DNA of 64,000 nucleotides, taken from NCBI GenBank assembly GCA_015680685.1, contig MNCI01003408.1, positions 1 through 64,000 on the forward strand, in the 5' to 3' direction. Below are positions 38,097 through 52,312 of the stretch, piece after piece (within the stretch, counting starts at the first letter, position 1; each line of letters begins with the position of its first letter). The position numbers were made by a program, and so were the translations under genes. A model generated the notes under the pieces. The model searched no databases. It saw only the letters and a list, made by a program, of their open reading frames with translations, and was not told the origin of the DNA. The stretch comes from Gnetum montanum (Eukaryota; Plantae; Gnetophyta).

Positions 38097-38944
38097 TGAT
38101 GAGCAGTGGGTACTCCCTACGTCCAACCATACAAATAACAAGCATTTATACATGATCTAGTCAAATTTTGTAGACTTAGTTACCTAAGTTACAAATATTT
38201 CTAAATAGAAAATTGTATAATTGCAAGTCATTGTCTTTTTAATCCATACTTCTATTTTAACTATGCATATGGTTAAGTGTGATTGAGGCATAAGATGTTT
38301 AGTTTTATAATTATTTTATTATATTTTTATCCTAGACGCTTGATAATGAAATGGAGATTTAATTATTAAACTAATTAACTAATCTCCTAATTAACTATCA
38401 TAACATTGAGTATCTATTTCCACTTGTCATACACATCTTATACTTATATTAATGTTGTTGGATTACCAAGTGTATACTAATGGGTGTACCAAGTATCCAT
38501 TGTTGAGATTACCAAGCATTAATATGTTATGCTCCAACTATTCATACTCATGTACTTATGATTAATTACATTAATTACTTAAGAACATAAATGTAAATTA
38601 CATGTAAAGTGCTAAAAAGTAAAAGTAAACTAGTATAAGTGCTACAATGAATGTAGGAAATCTTGATTTTATTGTCATTCATACTAATGTATCTAGGTAC
38701 ATATGAACTTGAATAAAATTTTGTACAATCTCATAAATCCATGCTATGGACACTTAGAGTTTAGCTAAGACTAAGATCCAAAGGTTCCATAAATGTAAAA
38801 GGTATGCACATTTATATAGGCAATGATTACATTAGCATCGATGTACCTACATCAATACATCCTAGCATGTGTCGATAAGGTTACATTAATGGGGTTGCGT
38901 TGATGGGCATGCATTGATGTAGCTTGTATTATTACTGTTCATCA
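38097..38944 (-). repeat. 3' LTR (848 bp) of minus-strand element C, a distant member of the same Athila-like family
   Basis: Termini TGATGA...TCATCA. 38097-38185 matches the reverse complement of the A/B LTR ends. On the minus strand it is preceded by ACTCAAGGATAAATTTTCAATTAGTTGTGGGGGCA, matching the A/B PPT context. TATA at about 38811-38820. Confidence 0.85.
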
Positions 38945-41900
38945 TGCCCCCACAACTAATTGAAAATTTATCCTTGAGTGAACAAAATTGCGATAGATTT
39001 TTTCAAAAACCTTCAAAAAGTATAGAATTTATTGACAAACAAACAAATTGACTACCTCTAACTAACTTTAAATGTTAGATTATATGATTTTTTCAAAGAT
39101 GAGTGCCCTTTACAATAAAATTGGACACTTAGAAAAAATTGTAGTAGGCACCTATTGAATGATCAAAGACACAATGAATTCTTAGATTGTGCCTAGAGGT
39201 GGAGGCTTTTGTGGTTTACATGATCCTTCATCTCATTTTAGTGTTGCTGGTGGCTAAGGCTATCTTGTTGCTATCACTATTTCTATTAGAAGTTTGAAAG
39301 CATCTAGAAGTATTTCATTTTCTCCTCTTTGCTCCATGAATCAAAAATGGTCTAGGTTGCTTCATCTATATGGACCAATGTAAGAATGTTCCACAGTCAT
39401 GGTGTAACATTTGAAAAATTAAAAATTCCAGCGAAATAGCTTTAACCTTGGATTTCAAGGGCCTTCAAAAAATAGGATCCAAGTTACCCTAGATGGTTTG
39501 GCAAATCACCTAGTGACTTTGAAAATGAAAATAGAGGTAGGAAAATAAAAATGTAATGTAGATTTGTCAAAATAAATGCACAAAAATATAGAAAATAAAT
39601 TCAACTTGCACAGCAAAACTTTAAACTTTATTATAAAATAAATGAAGGTCCAAAAATATGTACAAGGGATGCCTAAGAATACCAGGGAGGTTCACTTCAA
39701 TGGATGCTTAGAATTTGTTAATGCATGGAGCCTTGGACACCACAATTAGCTCTACGATCTGGATGCTTCACAACTTCCAAAAATGTGAAACCTTGCTACA
39801 ATCCTCAACAGATTCATAGTGTTGGTGGTACATGGGGATGAGATGTGTGGGGGTTTTAGATTGCAAAAAAGAGCCATGCTAGGAGTCTCAAAGATTAGGT
39901 TGTTCAACATTGTTGTAGGACCACACAAAATCTCAAGGGGGTAATAATGGCTACAATGGTTATGGTTATGGGTTCCATGCTAAAAATTACTTCAAAAGCT
40001 TTATGTTTGCAAGTGGGGGAATTCTCAAAAAAATGTGAAACCCCTTCATGGTGTTTAAGCTTGATTTCTATAAGGTTTTTTCCTTAGATTTGGTTGCAGA
40101 TTTTCTACTTAATTGCTAACAAATTGGCTATTATGTGTAAGTGTTGTAGATGTCTACGTATGGTAAGTTTTGATACCCCAAAGATACCAAAACCATTCCA
40201 TTTACTAAAAAGAGTAATGGGAATTTTATGCATGTTGGGCCTTCCAATAGCAATGTTGGACCTATAGGAGCCACACTAAAGTGCATGGGCAATGCTAGGG
40301 GATGACACCCATGCTGAGGGCATGGCATCCACGCTAGGGTATAACACCTATTCTAGAGGAACAATGGACCCATGTTGGACCTCGCTAGAGCAATGCTAGA
40401 CCCTTGCTAGGGCTGCAAGATCCACATTAGAGCAATGCTGGACCCTTGCTGGAGTAACATTGGGGGGTTTCAATAGCAATGTTGGAGGATGAAGTACCAA
40501 CATTGCTACTGCAACCCCCCCCCGCATCCCCCCCCCCCCAAAAAAAAATAAAACCCATGAAAATTCCAATTTTGGTAGTCAAAAAGGCATTTTAACCCTT
40601 CCAAGCCCAAATATAGGCATGATATGGCTTTTTTCACTTAGGGGTTAAGGCTTTGATCACTTATGAGGCATTGTTAGCCCTAAAAGCTAAAGTATGTGAA
40701 ATTACATCCCTTAAGTTATAATCTTCAAATTTTATAATGAAGTTTTAGATTTGAGTTTAATGGGATGAGGACTACAAAGGTTATAACATGCATTTTTGGT
40801 GGTGTTTCATTAGCCTCTTTTTGTTGGTGTTTGGAGAATTGATCCAAGAGACATCAACAAAGAATACAAAGTACCACCATAGGTCCATCATTGACATTCC
40901 CTCTCTGCACTTGATTTAGTCATGTAAAACCATGCCAAAGAGTGCTTATGTTGATGGGATAAGACTATGATGAGAAAATGGTAATGGTAATGGTATTATA
41001 GGGAATCCATCATGAAGGTTAATAATGCATTCCATAGTTGACATCGTGGCTATGATACAGCACTAACATATTGGTTAAAACTTTTGCAATTCATATTTTG
41101 AGGTGTTGGTCACTCGATAATGCATTTGAGGAACCAACACCCCACTCCAAGGTTTCTTTGGCCATTAGGCTCCTCCCTTTGCATGTTTGGAGCTACTAGT
41201 TTGGGCTTTTGGTCTCCATTGACCATTCTAGCTTCTTGGAAATTTTTTTTCCTTTTAAAAAAAAAAACAATTTGGGGGTGAAACCTTCATTAGGTTACTT
41301 TGCCAAGGCTAGTTTGGTTTTTTTTTCCTACTGAATGAGACATGTTACATCCAACAAAACTAATGGCTTTCCCATTGAATGAGATGTGTTACACTTGATA
41401 GACTTAATGGTTTTCTCATTGAGTGAGATGTGTTACATTCAATGGACTTGAGGGTGAAGCATGGCAAAGGGATTTCATATGGTTATAATGCCTGAATGTC
41501 AAACATTAATCAAAATTGCTATTTAAAGGTTAGGAAGGTTATAATTAGGCTATAGTAATATGTTCAAGAACATGGTAATAGGAAATGGAAATGGAACAAG
41601 CACTCTTAACACAACAAGAAAAACTCACTGAATCTTGTGCATCGAGGTCACATGATGACTTGCTACCATGATGAGTTGCATATTTGTGATGACTCTAGGT
41701 TTCATCCTACATGCACAACTCCAAGAGGAACAAGAAAACTAGCCAAAGAAATCATGTTGTGACAATATTATGTATAGGACTACATGAGACAACTGACAAA
41801 CTAGGCCACCATAAGTCACAATTGGTATGACATAGAGAAATCTATGCATTGTGCATTAAATTTGCAAAGTTTTACACTTCATTAATTATGCCAAACAAAA

Positions 41901-42829
41901 AGAGAGAAAGAGCATGTAGGTTTACTTATTGTAGATCATCAAAGTCATCAACATTGTTCATTTGTTGCAACCTATCAACAATAATAAACAACACTACAAG
42001 CAAACATGTGAGTGTTAGACATGATCAGGGCTATGTGATGGCTTTAATGTTGCATTGTAAGTGTTTGATGAGGTCATGAGTAGGCTTAATTTCTAGTGAG
42101 AGACTTGGTCCTATGTGTTTTCTCCTCACCATTGTGGTCTTATATGGGAACTTTGACTAAGGGACCCTCCATGATGTTTCTGGCTTCAAGGCCGATGTTC
42201 ATTGGGCTACTTTAATGTATTATGACTACATAGTAGAATGATTTTAGGCTTAAGGTTTGGGTACGTAAGGCCAATTTGGCCTAACAACATCATGAGAGGG
42301 GTTTATTTAGGCTTTAAAGCTAATTGAATTTACTTCCTCATCCTCCTAGATTCATCCTTGCATGACAAAATAAGCACATCAAGTGGCCAATAAAATTGTT
42401 AGATAATGTAAAAACAATGCAAAATACTATAGTAATGATGCATAAATGAGTCAAAATACATCAACTCAAAGGCCAAACGAGGTTTAAACAAGGCCAACAA
42501 ATGTTATAATAGGTGGGTCAAGGATAATAGGGTAAAATAAAGGAAAATGGTATAAAATAGGGCCAAATGAAGGTTAAATGGAGGTTAAAATCTTGTAAAG
42601 TGGTAACAAAAAAGATCAAGTAAAGCCTTACTAATGTTAAATGATGAAGGAATGTGGTTGAATAGGGCCAAATGATGCAAAAAATGGTAAAAATGAGGTG
42701 AAATGTCATGAATGAAATGATAATGATAGGCAATAATGTAAAATAGGATCAAGTAAGGTCTAAACAGAGTGAGGAATGAGGCAAAATAGGCTACCCATGA
42801 TCCTCCATGGTTAATTAAGGTTTTATTTT

Positions 42830-42960
42830 GCTAGTTTTATGCCTTAGCAAGCCATAGTTTTGCTAGTTTTAGGCCTTAGCAAGTTGCATTGCCAGTTTAA
42901 GCCTTGGCAAGCCATGATGTTGCTAGTTTTAAGCCTTATCAGGTTGTGGGGTCACCAATT
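42830..42960. repeat. ~32-bp degenerate tandem repeats (GCTAGTTTTAGGCCTTAGCAAGCCAT); a related cluster lies at 46110-46270
   Basis: Repeated TTTTARGCCWTAG cores in both clusters, inside the 3' internal region of element D. Confidence 0.75.
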
Positions 42961-45900
42961 TCACTGGCAAGGTCACTATGAGGTAAAGGTAGGGTGAGAC
43001 TTGTCAAAACATGGTAAAATGAAGTTACAACAAGCTAAAAGGTAGGGTAAAAATCAAGTTAAAATCATTTTAAACATGGTATGCTAGGTAAAGCTAGGAA
43101 AAATGATATTAAATATAATAAATATTCAACAATGTTTTCTCTTTTTTTTATGGCTTAAAGGAGGTTAATTTGTAGTAAGTTTAAGGTTCTTTTTCATGGT
43201 CATCCCCCCTTTGACCCACATTGGCCAACATGATCCCAGGGGGGGAGCGAACAACAATGGCTCAATGGTAGATAGATGGCTAGCAGCAGTGTAGGCAAGC
43301 GAAAGGGGTGAGCATGGCATGTAGTGTAGGAAAGCCAAGCCCTAGTGGCATGGTGGTCATCGTTTTAGCATCGTTGTGGTGGACTTAGCATGGGGAACAC
43401 TGAGTTGGTAAAGTTGGCACTAGTGGGGCTGAGGTTGACACAATATGATGCACAACACTAGGGCATAGAATGACATGCTAGGGTTTGGGTAGATTGTAGT
43501 CCTTCTTGTAGGACTACATAGCCCTTCCCAAGGGGCTAGTGAGAACAAGCCTACCATGGTGCATGGTAGAGGTAGGTGGTGAGTGGTGCAGGCAAGGTGT
43601 AGTGCATGGTCATAGGAGAAAGTACACAGGTGACTATAGGTGCACAACGAATGTAAGAGAATGATGATGGCAAGGACGAAAGGCTGAGTAGTCATTAGTA
43701 GTGCCAAGTGTTTCGATGCAAACGATGGGTTGGTGTGTGGGAGTGGTAGTGGGGTTTAGTATGTGTAATTTAGAGGTGTATGGAAGGACTTATGTTGCTA
43801 GAGATAAACAAGGGGCTATGTTGGCAACTACACTAACTAGTGTAGGTGAGGATGGTTGTCATTTTTGATGACCATGCTCAAGAGCATTTCTCTAGTGTGG
43901 TTGCCATTTTTGGTGACCACGTTGGCCAATGTGGCTCTAGCATGGGCCAACGAGGGTTTGGATGGTAGATTGTCAAGGGTAAGCACAAGGTAGTATGTAA
44001 TGGTAGACGTGCATAGGAGTGAGCCTAGTTGCATGGTGGTAGTTGCATGGTGGTAGTAGGAAAAAAGTATGAAAATGGTGGCAAGAGCACTACAATGGCA
44101 AGAACAGGACACATATTGGGGCTACACAACACATTTACAACATGTAGCATAATGTGGTGGCATATTGGCCGCATTGCAAGGCATGGTAGGGCTATGGTTC
44201 ATTGTAGTAGGTAGGAGTGGCCCATGGAAGGTAAGGGCTTTTCTAGGCTAACCTTGAATGACATGGAGAGTAGCAATGCAGCTTTAAGGTGGAAATGATG
44301 GGCATGGCTAACGATGATAAGCTAAGGTAGGGCCAGTGTGGTTCCATGCAAGATCACATGGTAGGCTCAACATAGCCTCATGTGGGATGAGGTAGCTCTA
44401 TGAAGGATGTACAATAGTGGTAAAGGTGGCAATAGTTTGTGTAGGGAATAATAGGTTCACAATACTAGTAGGGGTTAAGGGACCTAAGTAGCATTGTGTA
44501 GGGAGGTACCCTCTATATGGGACTAGGCTACCCACCCTAGGCCTACAAGCCACATGATGGCCACCAACCTCCCATTTTTTTATCTGTAGGAGTTATCCCC
44601 CCTTGGGAAATGCTGGCTAGCATGGCCCCAACATTGGATGGAGGAATACATTTATAATTAGCTTCAATCTAGCTATGGGTGGCATTTCACATTTGTTCAG
44701 GGATTTCTCTACTTACAGATGATTTACATGTAGGGCTTTAGACTAAAGCACATCATGAATCCATGAAGAATCATGTGAAGCTTTTGGGAATGCTCATGGG
44801 ATCCAATAGATTAACAAAATGATTCCTAGCTCATATCATGTTCAAGTCCACCTAGGTGTTGCTTGAAATGGTAATCAGGGCCTTCATACTAGAATTGAGG
44901 TGAAAGTATTTCTCGCATGAATACATATTAGCCATTTTGTTAATGGTAGTTTTAATTATTTTTTATCCTTGTGGATGTTAATACTTCTTTCAATTTTAGG
45001 TTTCTAGGTGTTTTCATGATCTGCAAAGCCCTCGTGATGGATTCTTTTATAGGAAATATTCAAGAAGCAATATTCACAATGAACCCAATAATGACAAACA
45101 TGGAAATGCTATTCTATTCAACCACTATCAATGTACAAATTTTGGTAATACCAATGTTGCTAACTAAAGAGCTTTTCATAGCTTGGTACTCATGTTGGTA
45201 GCATCCATATGTTTATCTCATTTTAATATTTAAGCTCATTGCGACCTTTGTAGGACAATTATCTATTCACATCCTTATAGTCAATGATGTCAATTTCACT
45301 GGATGCAAGACAACATATTAATTGTTTTGTTCAAGGTAGTAATAGTTGTAAAGATAAGAAGCCTTCTATTTTACCTTATAGACAACATAAGCATCATCCT
45401 TTGCAATAAATTACTAAATACATCCACCTTTGTTAAATAATGTATGTGAGTTCTGTATGCCTATGCATTGGGGATTATACCTTCGTCTTTCATTTTAATC
45501 ATTAACTTTGAGGTTCTCCTTTTTAAATTATAAATAAGCTTTCAACATGTGGTTACTCTTCCAATATGGTTTAGTGTTGTCATTATTTTATTATTTTTAA
45601 TTATTTTTATGTTTTTCTGGAGTGTAGAATTTTAAGTTTTGTAATTGGGCTTTCTTCTCACTAACTACATTCATTTTTATGTCTACAGGCCCTAGCCTAT
45701 GATGGTGATTGACTATGGTATAGATGATGACCTTTTCTCCTCCCCTATAGGCCAACTTTGGCTACTATGGATCCAGTTGCACCATGCTATGCTTTTCTTT
45801 GTTGTTGTTATAGATGGTTTTCACTTGACTATAGAGCCCATAAAGACCATGCATTGTCCATGTTGTTTGGACATTTTAGTATTTTTTTTTTATTATTGTC

Positions 45901-46689
45901 ACATAGTGTGACTATGACTACATGTTAGTTTTAGATTTTTGTGTTTTATATGCTTCATGTAAACACAAATGGTAAATGTAATAAGGTCATAAACTAAAAC
46001 TAGTAGATATAAATGTGTCAAAATGATATTGTGAACCAAGGTATATACATATAAATAAAATCACATATGATTCCATTCGGTATATTGGCTAAAAGGTCAT
46101 TATTGTCACTACTTTTAGGCCCTACTAGACCATTTTTTCACCCATTTTAGGCCATAGTGGACCATAATGTTGCCATTTTTAGGCCATAGTAGGCTATAGT
46201 GCCAATTTTAGGCCTTAGTGAACCATGATGTTTCCAGTTTTAAGCCTTAGCAGGCTATGGTCCATACTTTCCTAGCAAGTATGAGATGCTCTTGAAAGAG
46301 CACATAAGGCTAGAACCAACATGAAAACATGATATAATGTTGTAAAGGTAAACAAATGATTGGAAAAAGAATGGATGAGATGTTTTCCATGAATTTGTTG
46401 TTTTATCTTTGAGAGGTTAAGAAATCCTTTTAACACAATTTTAGATTCACCACCTTTCTTGTTAATCATGGCAAGTTGTATGCATTTTTTTTTTGCTCAC
46501 TTTGTGTTGTAGCATCGATGTTGCTAACATTGCTATTATCTTTGTTATTGGTTGTCCCAATTAGAGTGTTAGGAGTTTCCTCTTGGAACTCAACCTCTAA
46601 ACCTCGATTAATGTTAACATAGTTAATTGATGATACTACCACATTTTTTCCATAGGTCATAATGTCCCCACCCTCATATGGCAAGTGAA

Positions 46690-48900
46690 TTTCCTAATGT
46701 ATAGGAGATGAAGTTGTCTAAAGCTTTGCTAACCATGACCTTCCTAGGATCAAGTTGAAGTCAAGTGTCTCCTCAACCACTAGGAAGTTGGTAGATGTGG
46801 GAAACTATTCCCCAACTATGAAATCCAAGAAGATAGAACCTCACACCTCTACTCATGGCTTGTTAAATGATTTAAGTGCTGAGGTAGTTGTCACTTGGAT
46901 ATTCTTGGTTAAGCCTAACTTGTCAACAATGGAATATGGTATGACATTTGTGATTGCTTCATCATCCATATGAACATAGTGAACCTTTTATTTTCCAATG
47001 CATATAGTAATGAGGAGAGGAGTAGATAGTACTTCTCTATTCCGAGACTCAATTTTACCTTCACTATCATGAAAGTTGAGTATGGGTTGATGCTTATTTT
47101 CCCAAAGTGAAGCTTGCTTAATGATAGAGTGAATTAACTCTCTGTTGACGAGCATGTCTCCACTCACAGGAATAGAGGTTGACACTTGAGCTAGTGCATC
47201 CCTATGTGTAGGAGATGTCATGACTAGATCATACAAGTTTGGTTATGTGTTTTTTTGCTTAAGGGACCATTTGGATTATTTTATTACTACAAGAAAACCC
47301 TTTTTCTTAATGTGTAACCTTTTAGCTTTAGTGGCCTTAACCTCCCTCATCCTTCCTAGAGTTAGTGGCTTGGGTTTTGGTGCATGTGCCTTACGACCCT
47401 TGTCCATTAGTGTAGTTGGTCTCAGTGTGGGGTCTAGGTGGGTACTATTACCTTCAATGGGCTTATTTTTTGGTTTTGCAATAAGTTTTTTTTTCACCAT
47501 TGTGATGATAGTTTCTTGCTAACCTCTGAGTTGTGAATCATTATAGGTGGGCTTTGGTCATGGGTTGTTGTGGTCTTACTTGTTATAGGTGGAGGGATCT
47601 AGAGAATAAATGGTTCCCTAGGCTTTGGAGGATCAGCAACTCATTGAGTATGTTGTGATGTTGAAGCCATTGAAGGGGGGGACATATATGATGAAGGGCT
47701 TTTTAGGGGCCAAAGGAGGTGGTACCTATATGATGAAGGGTTCTCTAGGCTCTTTGTTTAAGGGTTGTAGTGTTAATCTAATAAAAAATGGTTTCCTAGG
47801 AAGATTATCCCATTTTGTTTTTGTGAGTAAGGCTATAGTGTAAGAATTATTATTGGTTCTTAGAGAGTTGGACTCATCCAACACCAACTCTTTGTGGTCC
47901 ATCATCTTTTGGAGGTCATCCTTTAATTCTAGAAAAAAAATCAATGTCATGACTAGTCATTTGATTATAATGGTAATACATATCTAGTCTAAAGTACTTT
48001 AGTAGCTTGGATCATCTTTGGTAGCTATTGTTGAATCTTTGGCTATGTCACAAAGATGATAATGCCTCTTATGAGCCTCTTCAAATAGTTTCTTATGTTG
48101 TATATAGTCATCTTTAAGCAACTTTTCTAGAAGCGTAGAGGGCTTCATAGGCAACCTAGTGTACTTAGACCTATCCTTCCATCCAAAGTTTGGTCTTGAT
48201 TAATTTAGAGTGTAGGAAGTGGATGGTTGCAATGAATCTTAGGATCTGTTGCATGGTGGTGATTCTCACCTCTTCCCTTATCTAGAGTTTTTGCTCTTGA
48301 AGCCATAGTTGTATGTTTTCTTTCAATTTTATCCCTATTCCTCCTTGCACATTGGTTTTTATAGGCCATGTAGGTTGGGTTGTTGCTTGCCTTAGCTACG
48401 TCCTTAATGTTCTTAGATTATGAGAAGAATTGGCTTAGTGACCAGGGTGTTAAGTAGTACAACTTTGACTTGATAAAGTCATTTACTTCTCCCTTGTAGA
48501 TGGCCAAGAGGTGAGTTTTAGCAATAGGCTTTGGGATCTTGTTAAGTGTTGAGTTTCATCTTTGACTAAACCTTTTGACTAGTTTAGGTAGCCACTACCT
48601 TACCTTCATTAGTTGATCCAATGTGGCATCTAGATTCACATTATATCTGAAGCGGTTGATAAATTGATTAATCAAGTCCTTAAGGGAAGAGATGGAACCT
48701 CTAGGAAAGGTTCGATACCAATCTAGAGCCTTACCCTTGAGAGATAAGGGGAAAATCCATAGTACCATATGAGGTCAAGCTTGCAAAAAGAGGCACTCAA
48801 ACCTAGATGTGCATTGGAATCCCCTTTACCATTGTATTTGGTGAAGTTTGGAATAAGCAAGCCTATGGGCAATGTTATTTGAGGCACTCTAGGGCTTGTA
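46690..48900 (-). pseudogene. gag (~48300-48900) and protease (~46690-47050) relics of element D
   Basis: gag: LLIPNFTKYNGKGDSNAHL, FPLSLKGKALDWYRTFPRGSISSLKDLINQFINRF. Protease: PLLITICIG..VHMDDEAITNVIPYSIVDKLGL...FNLILGRSWL. Confidence 0.8.
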
Positions 48901-50164
48901 GGATCATCCTGGTAAAAGTCTAGAAATTCATTGTTTGAGTTTTACTAGCCTTAAGTTTCCACAACTCTTCAATAAGGTCTTGGATCATTTGGAACACTTG
49001 ATCCAAGCATTAGGGCATCCCCATGGGCTACAGTGCTTGTTTTGATGGTTGAGGAAGAGGTTATGAGACTTGGGGTTGTGTGATGAGTATTGAAGTAGAT
49101 GGAAGAGGTTGGGTGACCATTGTTGTAGGTGGGTTAAATAAGGAGAAAGAGGTTTGCATTAGAACATGTGGTATGAAGGAAGAAAAGGGTGTTTCAGAGG
49201 CTTGTATTTCTTGGGGCCCAAATGAGGGTCCCATTGGTATGAAAAAGAGAGATGGTGAGGTAGAAATCACTATGGTTAGGTGAACGGAGTGAGGCTATGT
49301 GACAAAGGACATTGATGAGAATAAAAAAGTGGATTGGGACATGCGCTGTGTGTGGTGTGTGGCAATGATGGGTGTGAATCCAAACATGATAGGATGGATA
49401 GGAGAAGAGTTGGGCCAAGGGAGTTTTTTCATAAATGAGGTAAGATACATGGAGCTAGATGTAGTTATTTGGGGAGTCAAAGATTGGAAAAGACTTTTAA
49501 TAGAGGTATCTGGCTCTTGTTTAGTCTCAAACTCATCTTCCTCTTCGTATTGATCTTTTGAACTAATTTCCTGACTAAACTCATCAACCTCTATGAGTTG
49601 TATGGGCATTTGTCCATAAAAATCTATGAGGGGGATTTAATCATAATGGGATGAGATGTATTGTTTTCCATCCCACTATCTAATTTTGAATTGATGCTTA
49701 GCATCGGATTCAAATTATGGTATCATAAGATTCACTTGTATCTTGGCATAGAGAAAGATGTAGAGGTCCTCATCAATGACTACAAAATCTAGTTTTTTGC
49801 CTCTTTACCTAAGAGATTGCTTTCATTTTATGACTGTAAGGTCTTTCAAGTCATAAACATGAACTGCATCTTGGTTAGATACCATATTTGTTAGCTTAAG
49901 GGACATGACAGTTAATTGGCCAAAAGACATTGTCAAAAGATGTTGTTTTAACTTCTTACTATTTTTAGTAAATTTTTTAGCAAGTTGGGTTTCTCAATGG
50001 TGTTGTTAGCTATAAATGGAATGGAGGGGGTAAGGGGGTAAGGTGTCAACAATTATCATACCTACTTGAACTATGTTGAAGTTCCCCCTCTTGGCCAAAA
50101 TAATGTTCTTTTTGAAAAAAGAGTGGATTTTGCTAAAAAATTTCACAACAAGAAAGTGTTGGAT

Positions 50165-50505
50165 GGTCCAATGGTATGACATCCATGTTGGGGGTTATGA
50201 CATCCACATTGAGGGGGGGGGGGTGTGGTATGACACATACCCACACTAAGGAGGATATGACACCCACATTGAGGAGGGTATGACACACACTCGCATTGAG
50301 AAGGGTATGACCCCCACGCTGAGGAGGGTATGACATACACCCACATTGAGGGAGGTTTGACACCCATGTAGAGAGGGGTATGACACACATCCATGCTAAG
50401 GAAGGCATGACACACATCCATGCTGATGGGGGCTATGACATCCATGTTGAGTGGGGTATGACACACAACCACACTATGGGGGGTATGAGACACACCCATG
50501 TTGGG
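50165..50505. repeat. Tandem array, ~24-28 bp unit GGGGTATGACACACACCCAYRCTGAGGA, in the 5' UTR of element D
   Basis: About 13 visible copies of (G)TATGACA(CA)nCCCA; related units occur inside both LTRs (about 40300, 51820). Confidence 0.9.
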
Positions 50506-52312
50506 CCTTGAAATTTCTAGAAACTATTGTGAATTTTCTTCCAAAACCCAAATACCTATGCTAGTTTTGCTATGAAATTTTGGATGATGAAATCACTAAT
50601 GCTAGCTTTGCTAGAAAATTTTCATAGTAGAAAAGGGGGATGAGGCTTTGGGTGATGGAACATCCACGTTGGCTTTGGAATTACTAGCAACTACTGTGAA
50701 AATCCCCAAAAGCCCAAATCACATGCAGCCTTAACGCTAGGTTTTGATGGTATCATTGGGTTTTGTGGTAGAAAAATTACTAAAAAATTTTGAAAAAATG
50801 TTTCAAATATTTCTAAGTTTTTGGGTTCCAAGAAATGTTGGCAAATAGGCAAGTTTGGACACAGAACTTGGGTAGAGGCCCTTCTTCTAGCACTAGAAAA
50901 CTATAATGGCTAAAAAATTCAATTGTTAGAAAATCAAAAATTCTAGCAAAGTAGCTTTAAACCTATATCCCAAGGGCCTTTAAAAAATAGGATCTAAGGT
51001 ACCCTAGATGGTTCAATAGATCACCTAAGGACTTGGAAAATGTAAACAAGGGTAGAAAAATAAAAATGTAATGAGGTTCTAAGAAAATAAATGCACAAAA
51101 ATATAGAAAATAAATTCAACTTGCACAACAAAGTTTAACTTTAAACTTTATTATAAAATAACGAAAGGGGATCCAAAAATGTGTATAAGGGATGCCTGAG
51201 GATGCCAGGGGGTTCACTTCAATGTGTGCTTGGAATTCATTAAAGTAGGTAGCCTTGGACGTCATAATCAGTTCCACAATCTGGACACTTCACAACCCCT
51301 GAAAATGTGAAAACTTGCTATAATCATTGCTAGATTTGTAGTGTTGGTGGTATAGGGGATGAGATGTGTGGGGGTTTTAGACTACAAACAAAAGCCACAC
51401 TAGGAGTCTTAAAGCCCACATTGTTCAACATTGTTGTAGAACCACACACAATCTCAAGGGGGTAAAAGGGGCTACAATGGTTATGAAAATGGGTTCCATG
51501 CTAAAAATTGCTCCAAAAGCTTTGTGTTTTCAAGTGTTGAAATTATCAAAAAAATGTGGAACACATCCATGGTGTTTGATCTTAGTTTTTATAAGGTTTT
51601 TGCCATAAATTTAGTTGCAAATTTTCTACCTAATTGTTGACAGATTGGTTGTTATGTGCAAGTGTTGTAGGTATCTATGTATGGTAAGTTTTGATACCCC
51701 CAATGTACCAAAACCATTTCGTTTACTAAAAATAGTAAATGGGAATTTTACCCATGTTGGGCCTTCCGATAGCAACATTTGTCTTGCAAGAGCCACACTA
51801 AGATTCATGGGTAATGTTGGGGATATAACACCCATGCTAGAGCAATGCTAGATCCTTGTTGGGATTGCAAGAGCCATGCTGCAGCAATGTTGGACCCTCA
51901 TTAGAGTAATGCTGGGGGGTCTAGTAGTAATGTTGGGGTGAGGTATCAATGCTGGGGGCATGAGTTGTACCTCCCACACTAGGCATGGATGATGTTACAC
52001 CTCCCTTAGGTGTTTCTAGTGTAGCAAAAGTTATATCCCCCACAAAACCCATGAAATTTCCAATTTTGGCAATTGAAAAGTCATTTTCAACCCCTCCCCA
52101 AGCCCAAATATAAGCATGATATGGCTTTTTTTACTTAAGGGTTGAGGCTTTGACCAATTATGAGGCATTTTTCAGCCCCAAAAGCTAAAGTATGTGAAAT
52201 TGCATCCCTTGGGTTGCAATCTTCATATTTTAGAATGACGTTTTAGCCTCAAATTTCATGGGATGAGGGCTACAAAAGTTACAACATGCATTTTCGGTAG
52301 TGTTTCACATGG

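Larger units (their letters stand above)
39403..52307 (-). mobile_element. Non-autonomous Tat/Ogre-type gypsy element D (gag and protease only), nested in element C
   Basis: LTRs 39403-40809 and 50902-52307 (~1.4 kb each); TSD CATGG at 39398-39402 and 52308-52312; tRNA-Asn-like PBS (minus strand TAGTGCTAGAAGAAGGG) at about 50879-50895; purine tract AAAAAGAGGCTAA at 40810-40822; no RT, RH or INT motifs seen. Confidence 0.9.

Noticed and set aside
50133-50499. Cys/His/Pro-rich repetitive ORFs and a CRISPR-like appearance of the array
   Set aside because: These are translations of a tandem repeat; the units are contiguous and degenerate with no unique spacers, in a eukaryotic TE context.
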